Source: an uncultured Actinomyces sp.
GTDB lineage: Bacteria; Actinomycetota; Actinomycetes; Actinomycetales; Actinomycetaceae
Direction: 5' to 3'
NCBI GenBank assembly: GCA_964344535.1
Contig: CAYFNQ010000001.1
Coordinates: 10,184-74,183 of the forward strand
Length of the DNA: 64,000 nt
Under the pieces are notes generated by a model. It was not told where the DNA came from and ran no database searches. It saw only the letters and a program-made list of their open reading frames with translations. Of this stretch, positions 34,558 through 44,055 are shown piece after piece. Every line of letters starts with the position of its first letter. Position 1 is the first letter of the stretch. A program made the translations under genes and the position numbers.

Positions 34558-37500
34558 CTACGTAACGCTGCCGGCTCCCAGCAGGGCCTTTAGGTCAGCG
34601 TAAAGAGCCGCGTCCACATCAACACTCAAAGCGCTCTCTAGGTCAATGCGGACCCTTTTTTGCCGGTCTCGAAGCACCACCGCAACACGGGTTGGCCCCG
34701 GCCTAGCCTGCAGGATGTCACGTATTGCCAGCAGCGTCTTTGGATCAGCCTGGCTGGAGTCCAGTTGTATCTCAATGGGGCGCTGGTCCCTGTCAGAGAC
34801 TTCGATCACCTGAGCGCTGTGGGCTGTGACCGTGATTTCCTGGTCGCGGATCCCGACGCGCCCGCTGATTTGGACGGTTTGGTCCGTGGCTAAGACGTCA
34901 TGAACTTTTTCGAATTGGCGCGCAAAGAAGAATATTTGCATGGAGCCAGAGAAGTCCTCAAGTGTGGCAATGGCCCAGGGCTGGCCCTGCTTGTTGAGCT
35001 TCATCTCCAGGTTGGTGATTAGGCCTGCCAACCTTATGTTCTTGTTGTCGTAGCGACTGCCGTCTTCCTTGAGTTCCGCAATTTGGACTTCTTGGTGTTT
35101 AGCTAGCGCCCGCTCCGCACCGCGCAGTGGATGGTCTGAGACGTAGAGTCCCAGCATTTCCCGCTCAAAAGCTAGTTTTTCACGTCGTTCCCACTCATCG
35201 ATGTCGGGGATCTCCACAGCGAAGCCGCTCCCCAGGTCTGCGCCAAGGTCACCGAAAAGGTCGAACTGGCCGTCAGCCTCATTTTTCTTCAGCGACAATA
35301 CGGAGTCGACGGCGTCGTCGCTCCGTGACAAGAGGGCTCTTCTAGGATGGCCGAAACTGTCGAATGCCCCCGCCTTGATTAGCGACTGGATTGTGCGCTT
35401 GTTACACACGACCGCCGGGACTTTATCCAGGAAATCTTGGAATGACGTGAAGTCGCCTTTTTCTTCCCGCGCTTGAACAATCCCTTCGACAACATTGGCG
35501 CCAACGTTACGAACGGAGCCCAGTCCAAACCACACACCTTCTTCGTCCGCGACAAAGTTTCCGCGCGACTTGTTCACGTCGGGCCGCAGCACGTTGAGGC
35601 CCATGCGCCGGCACTCCGCAAGGTACAGGGCACGTCGGTCCGTGTTGGCTGCGGCAGAAGTAAGCAGAGCAGCCATGTAGGCCGCCGGGTAGTGGACCTT
35701 GAGGTAGGCGGTCCAATAGGAGACTAGGCCGTATGCGGCAGTGTGCGAGCGGTTGAACGCGTAGTCAGAAAACGGGACAAGGATGTCCCACAGTGCCTGG
35801 ATAGAGCCGGCTGAGAATCCGTTCTTCAGCATTCCCGCCTTGAACGGTTCGAACTCCTGGTCCAGTATTTCTTTCTTCTTCTTGCCCATGGCGCGCCGCA
35901 GCATGTCTGCCTGGCCCAGGGAGTAGCCAGCAACCTTTTGCGCAATCTGCATGACCTGCTCCTGATACACGATCAGGCCGTACGTTGGGTCTAGGATTTC
36001 TGCCAGCGGTTCTTCAAGTTCAGGGTGGATGCCTGTAACCACTTGGCGACCGTTTTTGCGCAGTGCATAGTTCGTGTGGGATCCCGCTCCCATGGGGCCG
36101 GGACGATAGAGGGCGCTGACAGCAGAAATGTGTTCGAATTGGTCAGGCTGCATGAGCCTTAAAAGCTCACGCATCCCACTGCCCTCCATTTGGAAGACAC
36201 CCAGAGTGTTCCCACTAGCCAAAAGCTTGTACGTTTCTTCATCATCTAAAGGCAGCGAGTCCACGTCGGGGGCCTGCCCGCCAGCTAGCTCAATGTTTTG
36301 GAGCGCATCCGAAATTACGGTTAGGTTCCGCAACCCCAAAAAGTCCATTTTCAAAAGCCCCAGGTCTTCGCAGGCCGGGTAGTCAAACTGGGTGATGATA
36401 GCACCGTCTTGGGGGCGGCGCATAAGGGGAATCACGTCTGTAAGGCGGGTGCTGGACATGATCACGGCGCACGCGTGAACACCCCACTGCCTAGTTAGGC
36501 CTTCAAGGCGACTGGCAAGGTCGAAGACCTCATGTAAGTCTTCCCGCGATTCGTGGAGCTTCCTGAACTCAGCCGCTTCCGCGTACCGCTTGTGCTGCGG
36601 GTCGAAGATACCGGATAAGGGCATCGTCTTGCCCATGACATCTGGGGGTAGTGCCTTAGTCAGTTCTTCACCGACGCGGTATTCACGGCCCAAAACGCGC
36701 GCGGCGTCTTTCAACGCAGCCTTTGCCATAATTCGCCCGTAGGTCACGACCTGAGCAACGTTGTCATCCCCGTACTTACGGCGAACGTAGTCGATCACTT
36801 CGTCGCGTCTGCGCTCATCAAAGTCGACGTCGAAGTCAGGCATTGAGACGCGTTCCGGGTTCAAAAATCGCTCAAACAACAGGTTGTGTCTGATGGGATC
36901 CAAGTCCGTGATTCCCAGGGCGTACGCAACCATGGAGCCAGCACCGCTTCCGCGCCCGGGTCCAACACGTATGCCGCGTTCCTTCGCCCAGTTGATGAAG
37001 TCTGCAACCACCAAGAAGTACCCGGGAAAGCCCATATCCAGGATGACTTTTTCTTCGTATTCCGCCCTGTCACGCACGCTTGGCGGCACGTTTGTCCCGA
37101 AGCGACGGACCAGGCCTTTTCTTACTTCCTTAATGAACCAGGACGTCTCATCTTCACCGTCGGGCACGGGGAACGCCGGCATGTAGTTGGCTCCATCGGC
37201 GGCAGTGTTAAACGACACGTCGCTGCGCTCAGCAATTTCCAACGTTGCCGCCAAAGCCTGCGGGTGCTCCGGCCAGTCCCTAGCAATGTCACTTGCTGGC
37301 CGTAAGTAGTAACCGCTGCCCTCAAATGCGAAACGCGGGCCACCCTTTTCCATTGGCTGGTCCAACAGCGTGGTGCCCGACTGGAGTGCTAGCAGCGCTT
37401 CTTGTGTGCGTGCGTCATCTTCGCTCACGTAGTGGGAGTCGTTTGTGACGACCAGTGGTGCCCCTAGGTGTTTCGCTAGTTTCGGAAGTAGGTCGCGGGT

Positions 37501-38145
37501 TTTTCGCTCAATTTCCACCCCGTGATCCATGAGCTCCACATAGAAGTTCTCAGCCCCAAAGATCTGGCGCAGTTCGTCCGCTTCCTTCACGGCCTCATCC
37601 CAGTGCCCCAAACGCAAACGGGTTTGAACGGCACTGGAAGGGCAGCCCGTGAGGACGATGAGACCCTTGTGGTATCTCTCCATGAGTTCACGGTCGATCC
37701 GCGGCCACTTCCCCATCTGTCCGGTGAGGGAAGCTTCGCTGCCCATTCGAAACAGGTTGCGCACCCCCTCATTTGAGTAGGCCAGGAGGGTCAGGTGAGT
37801 GTAGGAACCACGAGCCGACACGTCATCAGCGCGCTGCCAAGGCTCCCCCCAAAGGACGCGTGACTTGTCGTGTCGGGATGTCCCCGGAGTCACGTACGCT
37901 TCCAACCCGATGATCGGCTTAACCCCAGCGGCTTTGGCTTCCCGATAAAATTCGTAGGCCCCGAAAAGGTAGCCGTGGTCAGTGATCCCCAAGGCCGGCT
38001 GTTCCAGGCGCGCAGCTTCCGCCACCATGGGTTTGATTTTGGCCGCCCCATCCAACATCGAATATTCGGTGTGGTTGTGCAGGTGAACGAAGTTGGAAGT
38101 AGCCATGCCTGCTACTGTACCGACGCCTCCGACAAGTGCGCTCAA
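34558..38145 (-). CDS. dnaE: DNA polymerase III alpha subunit (DnaE1)
   Basis: PHP domain FVHLHNHTEYSMLDG, followed by polymerase core, OB fold and C-terminal domain. The start is either TTG 38145 (TTGA overlap with the GNAT stop) or ATG 38106. Confidence 0.95.
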   Translation of the reverse strand: MSALVGGVGTVAGMATSNFVHLHNHTEYSMLDGAAKIKPMVAEAARLEQPALGITDHGYLFGAYEFYREAKAAGVKPIIGLEAYVTPGTSRHDKSRVLWGEPWQRADDVSARGSYTHLTLLAYSNEGVRNLFRMGSEASLTGQMGKWPRIDRELMERYHKGLIVLTGCPSSAVQTRLRLGHWDEAVKEADELRQIFGAENFYVELMDHGVEIERKTRDLLPKLAKHLGAPLVVTNDSHYVSEDDARTQEALLALQSGTTLLDQPMEKGGPRFAFEGSGYYLRPASDIARDWPEHPQALAATLEIAERSDVSFNTAADGANYMPAFPVPDGEDETSWFIKEVRKGLVRRFGTNVPPSVRDRAEYEEKVILDMGFPGYFLVVADFINWAKERGIRVGPGRGSGAGSMVAYALGITDLDPIRHNLLFERFLNPERVSMPDFDVDFDERRRDEVIDYVRRKYGDDNVAQVVTYGRIMAKAALKDAARVLGREYRVGEELTKALPPDVMGKTMPLSGIFDPQHKRYAEAAEFRKLHESREDLHEVFDLASRLEGLTRQWGVHACAVIMSSTRLTDVIPLMRRPQDGAIITQFDYPACEDLGLLKMDFLGLRNLTVISDALQNIELAGGQAPDVDSLPLDDEETYKLLASGNTLGVFQMEGSGMRELLRLMQPDQFEHISAVSALYRPGPMGAGSHTNYALRKNGRQVVTGIHPELEEPLAEILDPTYGLIVYQEQVMQIAQKVAGYSLGQADMLRRAMGKKKKEILDQEFEPFKAGMLKNGFSAGSIQALWDILVPFSDYAFNRSHTAAYGLVSYWTAYLKVHYPAAYMAALLTSAAANTDRRALYLAECRRMGLNVLRPDVNKSRGNFVADEEGVWFGLGSVRNVGANVVEGIVQAREEKGDFTSFQDFLDKVPAVVCNKRTIQSLIKAGAFDSFGHPRRALLSRSDDAVDSVLSLKKNEADGQFDLFGDLGADLGSGFAVEIPDIDEWERREKLAFEREMLGLYVSDHPLRGAERALAKHQEVQIAELKEDGSRYDNKNIRLAGLITNLEMKLNKQGQPWAIATLEDFSGSMQIFFFARQFEKVHDVLATDQTVQISGRVGIRDQEITVTAHSAQVIEVSDRDQRPIEIQLDSSQADPKTLLAIRDILQARPGPTRVAVVLRDRQKRVRIDLESALSVDVDAALYADLKALLGAGSVT

Positions 38146-38597
38146 ACCCCTGAGACTGACTTGGCCATTTCTTGGTGCCAGATGCCCGCGTCAAGGAACA
38201 CGGGCCTGCTGGTGGGCCTGTAGCCCAGCTTTTCGTAGAACGGAACTGCAGTCACTTGGGCGTCCAGGACCAAGGTCGCCTGTTCGTCAGAGCGTCTAGC
38301 GACTTCTTCGCACGCCTTCATCAGCTCAGCTCCGATACCCCGACCGCGCTCCTGCTCCAAGACTGCGACTCTGCCTACCGTGAAACGCCCCGAACCCTGG
38401 TCTAAAAGGCGGGCTGTCCCCACGCCCCGTCCATCTTCCACTGCCAGCAGGTGGACGGTGCTGGGCAAGAAATCGCGAGCGTCAACCTCTAGGACAAGCG
38501 GGACGTCCTGTTCTTCGACGAACACGTCCCACCTGATGCCCATCCCAGTCAGTCGTTGTACTGGTGTTTGGACTTCGTGGACCAGTTGGGAGGTCAC
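38142..38597 (-). CDS. GNAT-family N-acetyltransferase
   Basis: 151 aa with the acetyl-CoA motif A, QERGRGIGAELM. Confidence 0.7.
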   Translation of the reverse strand: MTSQLVHEVQTPVQRLTGMGIRWDVFVEEQDVPLVLEVDARDFLPSTVHLLAVEDGRGVGTARLLDQGSGRFTVGRVAVLEQERGRGIGAELMKACEEVARRSDEQATLVLDAQVTAVPFYEKLGYRPTSRPVFLDAGIWHQEMAKSVSGV

Positions 38598-39505
38598 GGG
38601 TTTCTCAGCTGACGAAGCGCCATCTCCAGGTCTTGCGGGTAGGGAGCAGTAACCTCAACGATCTCTTCTGTAACGGGGTGAGTGAACCGCAACTTTCGCG
38701 CGTGAAGCCACTGTCGTTCCAAGTCCAACCGGTGGGCCCGGGTGGGGTCGGCGCCGTAGAAAGTGTCCCCAACACAAGGGTGTCCAAGGGCCGACATGTG
38801 AACACGAATCTGGTGTGTCCGACCGGTCTCCAAGTCCACTTCAAGCAGCGATGCCCCCGGCAAGACCTCGATTGTGTCGTAGTGGGTGCGCGCCTGACGA
38901 CCCCCCTCTAACACCGCCATTTTCCAGGAATATCCGGGATGTCTGCCAATTGGGGCGTCCACTGTTCCCCGGTCAGGATCGGGATAGCCCTCAACCAAAG
39001 TGTGGTAAGTCTTTTCAACTGTGCGGTCGCGAAAAGCGTTCTTGAGCCGGCTGTAGGCCAGCTCCGACTTAGCAATCACCATGGCGCCCGTCGTGCCAAC
39101 GTCTAGACGTTGGACGATTCCCTTGCGCTCGGGCGGACCCGACGTAGAAACGCGGACACCGGCAGCTTCAAGAGAACCCGTAACCGTGGGACCCGTCCAC
39201 CCCGGACCGGAGTGCGCCGCAACAAAGGCCGGCTTGTTGATGATGATCAGATGCGCATCCTCGTACAAAACCGGCAATTGCTCAACCGGGGCAGGCTCAA
39301 CCGCAGGTTCCACCCCAAGTTCAACCACACTGTTGGGCCCAATTTTGTGGGAACGGTCGACGTGCTGACCGTCCACCCGAACCAAGCCCTGGTCGATCAT
39401 CTTGGCTGCTTGCGACCGTGAAGTCCCGACAGACCGGGCAAGCGCCGTGTCCAGCCTTGTCCCCAGCGCGTCTTCCTCAAGGGCAAGAACGGTCCAGTCA
39501 CTCAT
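38594..39505 (-). CDS. rluD: RluA/RluD-family 23S rRNA pseudouridine synthase
   Basis: N-terminal S4 domain, catalytic HRLDVGTTGAMVIAKS, and GRTHQIRVH. Confidence 0.88.
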   Translation of the reverse strand: MSDWTVLALEEDALGTRLDTALARSVGTSRSQAAKMIDQGLVRVDGQHVDRSHKIGPNSVVELGVEPAVEPAPVEQLPVLYEDAHLIIINKPAFVAAHSGPGWTGPTVTGSLEAAGVRVSTSGPPERKGIVQRLDVGTTGAMVIAKSELAYSRLKNAFRDRTVEKTYHTLVEGYPDPDRGTVDAPIGRHPGYSWKMAVLEGGRQARTHYDTIEVLPGASLLEVDLETGRTHQIRVHMSALGHPCVGDTFYGADPTRAHRLDLERQWLHARKLRFTHPVTEEIVEVTAPYPQDLEMALRQLRNP

Positions 39506-40112
39506 GCTTAGCCTTCACGCTCTTGATGGCTTCGGCCTCCCCGCCAGCCCCACTAGCAAGGCCACCCTGACTGTCGTGACCACCGCCCTGGTGATCCTGT
39601 TCCCGGGTGAGCAGCCAGGTCAGCAGCGCAATGGCAGCTACAACTATCCAGATGTCAGCCACGTTGCCCACGAACCAGCCGTTGTAGTTGAGGAAGTCGA
39701 CAACATGACCGCGCCCAAACCCCGGGGGCTGTGACAACCGGTCCCAGAGGTTCCCTAGAGCTCCCCCTAGCAAAAGGCCCAAGATTACTGCAGGGCCGGG
39801 GCTGTGGACTCTGTGTGCGAACCAGATGAGCGCCAAGATCACGATCACTGTGAGGACCGTGAATACCCAGGTGAAGTTCTCCCCCAGGGAGAATGCGGCC
39901 CCGGGGTTGTACACCAGCTGCAGCGTGATGAAGTTCCCAAGTAGCGGCCGGGACTGCCCGGGCACAAGATTAGCTTCAGCCCAAGCCTTGGTCATCAGGT
40001 CAACAGCAAGCGCTGCCAACGCCACGCCAAAGACCACGTAGCGGCCGGACCACTTCTTTTGCCCTGCTGCCGCTGTTCGACCGGCTTCTACTGCCGGTAC
40101 CACCTTCGCCAT
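39498..40112 (-). CDS. lspA: Lipoprotein signal peptidase II
   Basis: Four transmembrane segments with NPGAAFS, GGALGNLWDR and VVDFL...NVADI motifs. Confidence 0.88.
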   Translation of the reverse strand: MAKVVPAVEAGRTAAAGQKKWSGRYVVFGVALAALAVDLMTKAWAEANLVPGQSRPLLGNFITLQLVYNPGAAFSLGENFTWVFTVLTVIVILALIWFAHRVHSPGPAVILGLLLGGALGNLWDRLSQPPGFGRGHVVDFLNYNGWFVGNVADIWIVVAAIALLTWLLTREQDHQGGGHDSQGGLASGAGGEAEAIKSVKAKHE

Positions 40113-40132
40113 TCAGCTCCCCCTTTTCGCCC

Positions 40133-40153
40133 GCACCTAGTCATCCTAGGTGC
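40133..40153 (-). terminator. GC-rich stem-loop between divIVA and lspA, no U tract
   Basis: GCACCTAG (40133-40140) pairs with CTAGGTGC (40146-40153) around a 5-nt loop. The stem extends to about 13 bp with one bulge (40128-40159). Confidence 0.35.
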
Positions 40154-40182
40154 AGGGCGCAAACAGGTTCTGAAGAGAGGTC

Positions 40183-40812
40183 TTATTCGGCTGCCGGCTG
40201 CTGCATTTGGTTCAAGAGGTCCTGCAGGTATTCGGCAATAGCCTTTCGGTAATCCTCTTCGAACTCACGCAGTTGACTAATTGAGGTTTCAATCCCCCGG
40301 CGCTCTTCAGCAAGGCTGCTGAGGACGTCGTCACGCTGCCTGTTCGCGTCAGCAATGATCGACTCACGCTCAGCCTTGGCTTCCGTCACAATGGATTCGG
40401 CCTCATTGACCAGCCGCTCCGCTTCAGCCTTACCTTCAGCCACGTATTCGTCGTGCAGCTTCTGGGCAAGCATCAGGACACCGCCGGCCTCCTGGGGAGC
40501 CGTTTCCGCGACCGGTACGGGCACCGCGACCGGAGCCACAGGCTCCACCACTGGTTCCACGACCTGCTCGACAACCGGTTCAACCTCAACAGTCTCAACG
40601 ACCTGTACTGGTTCGGCGGGGACACCCGACTGCAGCTGTTCTTCGCATGCGGCCAGTTGCTCTTTGAGTTCAGCATTTTCCACGCTCAAGCTGTAGATCG
40701 TGGCGACAACTTCGTCGAGGAACTCGTCCACCTCAATCTGGTCATAGCCTTCGCGGAACTTAACCGATTGAAACTTCTTATTCAGCACATCGTCTGCCGT
40801 TAGCAGTGCCAT
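40183..40812 (-). CDS. divIVA: Cell-division/polar-growth protein DivIVA (Wag31-like)
   Basis: MALLTADDVLNKKFQSVKFREGYDQIEVDEFLDEV N-domain, followed by coiled coils and a Pro/Val/Glu-rich insert. ATG 40812 has a GAGG SD sequence 8 nt upstream. The listed start is GTG 40821. Confidence 0.9.
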   Translation of the reverse strand: MALLTADDVLNKKFQSVKFREGYDQIEVDEFLDEVVATIYSLSVENAELKEQLAACEEQLQSGVPAEPVQVVETVEVEPVVEQVVEPVVEPVAPVAVPVPVAETAPQEAGGVLMLAQKLHDEYVAEGKAEAERLVNEAESIVTEAKAERESIIADANRQRDDVLSSLAEERRGIETSISQLREFEEDYRKAIAEYLQDLLNQMQQPAAE

Positions 40813-40929
40813 GGCTGTCACCTCTACTTTACTCTGTCGGACCTGACAAGCCGGGCCCGTTTAAGGGGGTAGCCAGCGTCCCGTCCGAAATCTGGTTCAC
40901 CAGCGCTTTCGATCATAACGCAACAAACC

Positions 40930-40963
40930 TCCACACGTGGCCACTCCAGCCACAATCGTCACA
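40930..40963 (-). promoter_or_regulatory. Four 9-10-bp-spaced TGTGGA-like direct repeats upstream of divIVA (candidate MraZ-type operator)
   Basis: Plus-strand hexamers are TCCACA (40930), GCCACT (40940), GCCACA (40949) and GTCACA (40958). The orientation and core match the array upstream of mraZ. Confidence 0.25.
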
Positions 40964-41006
40964 ATAGTTGCATGCAGTCACGGCCAAAAGCTGCTTTGGT
41001 GCGCAG

Positions 41007-41312
41007 CTAAACGCCATACCAGGACAGGATTTGCCCCAGGCGCCCAACCATAACGAAAGCAAAGAAGAGCACTAGAAAGCCGACATCTAGCGCGAAATGA
41101 CCTAGGCGAAGCGGCGGGACGTACCTGCGAAGGAAGCGAATGGGAGGGTCGGTGAGCCTGTAAACCCAGTCCGCAAGAAACAGCACCGGGCCTTTCGGAA
41201 CCCAGTGCGGAGCTAGAACACGCGCCCAGTCCAGTATCATGCGCGCTACTAGCAAAAGTGTGCCCGCCGAGGAGATCCACTGCAGGACTTGGCCCGTCCA
41301 AAAAAGAAACAC
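41007..41312 (-). CDS. YggT/YlmG-family membrane protein
   Basis: 101 aa with two hydrophobic helices and a YRLTDPPIRFLRRYVPP motif. Conserved sepF-yggT-divIVA order. Confidence 0.85.
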   Translation of the reverse strand: MFLFWTGQVLQWISSAGTLLLVARMILDWARVLAPHWVPKGPVLFLADWVYRLTDPPIRFLRRYVPPLRLGHFALDVGFLVLFFAFVMVGRLGQILSWYGV

Positions 41313-41344
41313 GCACTAGCCTACGAAAACAGGCCGCAAATAGC

Positions 41345-41803
41345 TTAGAAGTCCGAGCCGGCCCGGCGCGTCCCCGTAGCTACTTCAACATTCTTTGGTG
41401 AAAGAAGAAAGACTCGAGAAGTAACCCGCTCTATGTTTCCGCGCAGGCCAAAAACTAGTCCTGCTGCAAAGTCGACCAGTCTGCGGGCCTCAGCGTCGGG
41501 AAGATCCGACAGGTTCATGATGACCGGGGTGCCCTGTCGAAAGGCCTCCCCCACTTCCCTTGCGTTTGAGTAGTCATCTGGATGCAGGGTGACGATTCGG
41601 CGCAGCGAGGATTGAGCTGGGGTGAGTCGATCGGTTGCAGACACCACCTCAACCGGGGCAGGTAGACGGTTGCCGCCTGGCAAAGACTCTAGGGTCACGC
41701 GCGAAGTCTGTACCTCTTCAACTTCGTCGTCATAAAAGTCATCATCGTCAGCCGGGACACGCCACCCCATCAGCTCCATTGCACGATTGAAGCGCTGCGC
41801 CAT
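41345..41803 (-). CDS. sepF: Cell division protein SepF
   Basis: The C-terminal domain (IVTLHPDDYSNAREVGEAFRQGTPVIMNL...ARRLVDFAAGLVFGLRGNIERVTSRVFLL) is canonical SepF. Confidence 0.92.
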   Translation of the reverse strand: MAQRFNRAMELMGWRVPADDDDFYDDEVEEVQTSRVTLESLPGGNRLPAPVEVVSATDRLTPAQSSLRRIVTLHPDDYSNAREVGEAFRQGTPVIMNLSDLPDAEARRLVDFAAGLVFGLRGNIERVTSRVFLLSPKNVEVATGTRRAGSDF

Positions 41804-41905
41804 AACGTCTCCTCAACTACTAGATCGCAAAACTTAGGACACCACTAACTACAAAATAGTAGAAACGCGCGCGGTTCCTGTGCTTCCACACGGCATGTTG
41901 CGAGG

Positions 41906-43168
41906 TCAGCGCAAGAAATCGGGGATATCCAGGTCAGCGGCTTCATCCTCAAACACCCTGGGTGCTTCAAAGGCTGGGGGAACATCAACCGGAGCGGATT
42001 GTTGGCTGACCTCTTCTACACGCACCGTTTCAAACGCACCAGTCCTAGTGGGGACAGTTGGCTCCGCTCTGTGTGTTGGCGTGGGGCGCACCGGCTTGGG
42101 CGCCGAAGCCCACAACGACGTGTCCACGGGCGCGATAGCCGGTGGTGCGACGGGTTCTGGCACCGCAGCGGGCTGTTCCAAGACGCTGCGCAATGGTGCA
42201 GGAGCAGCGGGTGCTCCGGCATCTTCCGGGTCAAAGCCGGCTCCGATTACCGTCACCCGCATTTCGTCTCCCAGCGAATCTTCGACAACTGCTCCAACAA
42301 TGACGTTGGCTTCCGGGTGGGCTGCTTGACGCACTAGGTTGGCGGCATCGCTGAATTCGCGGATTCCCATGTCTGGTCCACCTTGGAAAAACAGTAGGAC
42401 TCCGTGAGCACCGTCGATCGAAGTTTCCAACAGCGGGGAAGAAATAGCGGTCTCAACGGCTCTCATTGCCCTATCCTCACCAGTTGCCGAGCCAATGCCC
42501 ATGAGGGCGCTACCGGCATCCTTCATGACAGAGCGAACATCGTTGAAGTCGACGTTGATCAACCCGGGGATGGTGATCAGCTCCGTTATGCCCTGCACGC
42601 CTGAAAGCAACACTTCATCGGCAGCCAAGAAGGCATCAAGGATAGAGAGGTTTTGGTCAGAGATCTCCAGCAAGCGTTCGTTGGGGATCACAATCAGCGT
42701 GTCAACCTCATCCCGCAATGCTTGGATTCCAGCATCGGCCTGGGAGGCGCGCCTATTGCCCTCAAACGAAAAAGGTCGGGTCACGACACCCACCGTGAGG
42801 GCGCCGGAATCACGGGCAATGCGGGCAACCACAGGGGCCCCACCCGTTCCCGTGCCACCCCCCTCACCGGCTGTCACAAACACCATGTCGGCGCCCGCTA
42901 ATGCTTCCGCAATCTCCTGTTCGTGATCTTCCGCTGCTTTGCGCCCCACGGCAGGGTCGGCGCCAGCGCCCAGCCCGTGGGTTATTTCCCTACCAATGTC
43001 TAGTTTGGTTTCGGCGTCCGACATGAGCAATGCCTGAGCGTCGGTGTTGACGGCTATGAACTCAACACCCTTCAGTCCCGACTCAATCATTCGGTTGACG
43101 GCGTTCACACCACCGCCCCCGACGCCCACGACCTTGATGACGGCTAGGTGGTTTTGCGGTGCAGACAT
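41906..43168 (-). CDS. ftsZ: Cell division GTPase FtsZ
   Basis: [26 protein letters not shown] (tubulin signature) and the C-terminal DIPDFLR peptide. I moved the start to ATG 43168. Confidence 0.96.
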   Translation of the reverse strand: MSAPQNHLAVIKVVGVGGGGVNAVNRMIESGLKGVEFIAVNTDAQALLMSDAETKLDIGREITHGLGAGADPAVGRKAAEDHEQEIAEALAGADMVFVTAGEGGGTGTGGAPVVARIARDSGALTVGVVTRPFSFEGNRRASQADAGIQALRDEVDTLIVIPNERLLEISDQNLSILDAFLAADEVLLSGVQGITELITIPGLINVDFNDVRSVMKDAGSALMGIGSATGEDRAMRAVETAISSPLLETSIDGAHGVLLFFQGGPDMGIREFSDAANLVRQAAHPEANVIVGAVVEDSLGDEMRVTVIGAGFDPEDAGAPAAPAPLRSVLEQPAAVPEPVAPPAIAPVDTSLWASAPKPVRPTPTHRAEPTVPTRTGAFETVRVEEVSQQSAPVDVPPAFEAPRVFEDEAADLDIPDFLR

Positions 43169-43296
43169 CTTACCCCCGGGGAGACAAACCCTAAACTTCA
43201 AGTAGAGGGTTGAATTTGCTGGTTGCGTTAGCGCCTAGAGATTAGGGGCGCAGGCACCCCCGGACCCGCAAGCGGTCCGGCGAGTCGCAAGACCGG

Positions 43297-44055
43297 TCAC
43301 CGCGAACTTGGTCTTGATGGGTCTGAGACGTCGTAAGCGGACGCAGGCGGACCTTGGAGCAGGATTTCCAGCACTTGGCCCTTCACTGCACTGTCTTGAT
43401 CGCTGCCCCAAAACACAGTCCGGTCCCCAGCCAACACAATGTTCACCAGGGTTCCCTCAACCGAAATGAGTTCTGTTTGTTCCCGTACTGGTCCTGGCAG
43501 ACTTTCCCACACCAAGGCAGCTACCTGCGCACTGTTTGGCGGCGCGGCCCTCCCGGAAATGGGCAGTTGAACCGGAATTAGGCCCGTTGCCTCTGGAGCC
43601 CTTCCAACAACGACACCGTCGCTTCCAAGCAAAATAACCTCGTCCCCATCGGCCTGCATAAAAACCGCTACTCGGGGCTCCACAACCACCAATAGTTCGC
43701 CCGGAAAGGAGCGGGAGATTTTTACGTCTGCGACGGCGGCCGAATCCAAGAGCTCTTCTTTGAATTGGGACAGTGGAAGAGTAAGTAGGGCAGTCCCGTA
43801 ATAAGGCGACACGACTTGCTCTACTTCCAAGTTAAGGGAGGTCTCAAGCGTTTTGTCCTCCCCCTCCACCACCACGGAGACTTCTTGCAGTGAGAACAGA
43901 GGCGAAAGCGCCAGTGCGACGCCGCCTGCAACAACGACCAGGAAAACGCCGATCCAAGCCAGTCTCACCAGCCGGCCACGACGCTTCGCCTTTTTCTTCT
44001 CAGTCCTTCGAGCGTCCAGGCTAGCCACGGACGCGTTCAAGCTCTTTGAGCTCAC
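43297..44055 (-). CDS. ftsQ: Cell division protein FtsQ (POTRA domain)
   Basis: Basic N-terminus, one transmembrane helix, then a POTRA-like segment (LQEVSVVVEG). GTG 44055 forms a GTGA overlap with the murC stop. Confidence 0.8.
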   Translation of the reverse strand: MSSKSLNASVASLDARRTEKKKAKRRGRLVRLAWIGVFLVVVAGGVALALSPLFSLQEVSVVVEGEDKTLETSLNLEVEQVVSPYYGTALLTLPLSQFKEELLDSAAVADVKISRSFPGELLVVVEPRVAVFMQADGDEVILLGSDGVVVGRAPEATGLIPVQLPISGRAAPPNSAQVAALVWESLPGPVREQTELISVEGTLVNIVLAGDRTVFWGSDQDSAVKGQVLEILLQGPPASAYDVSDPSRPSSR

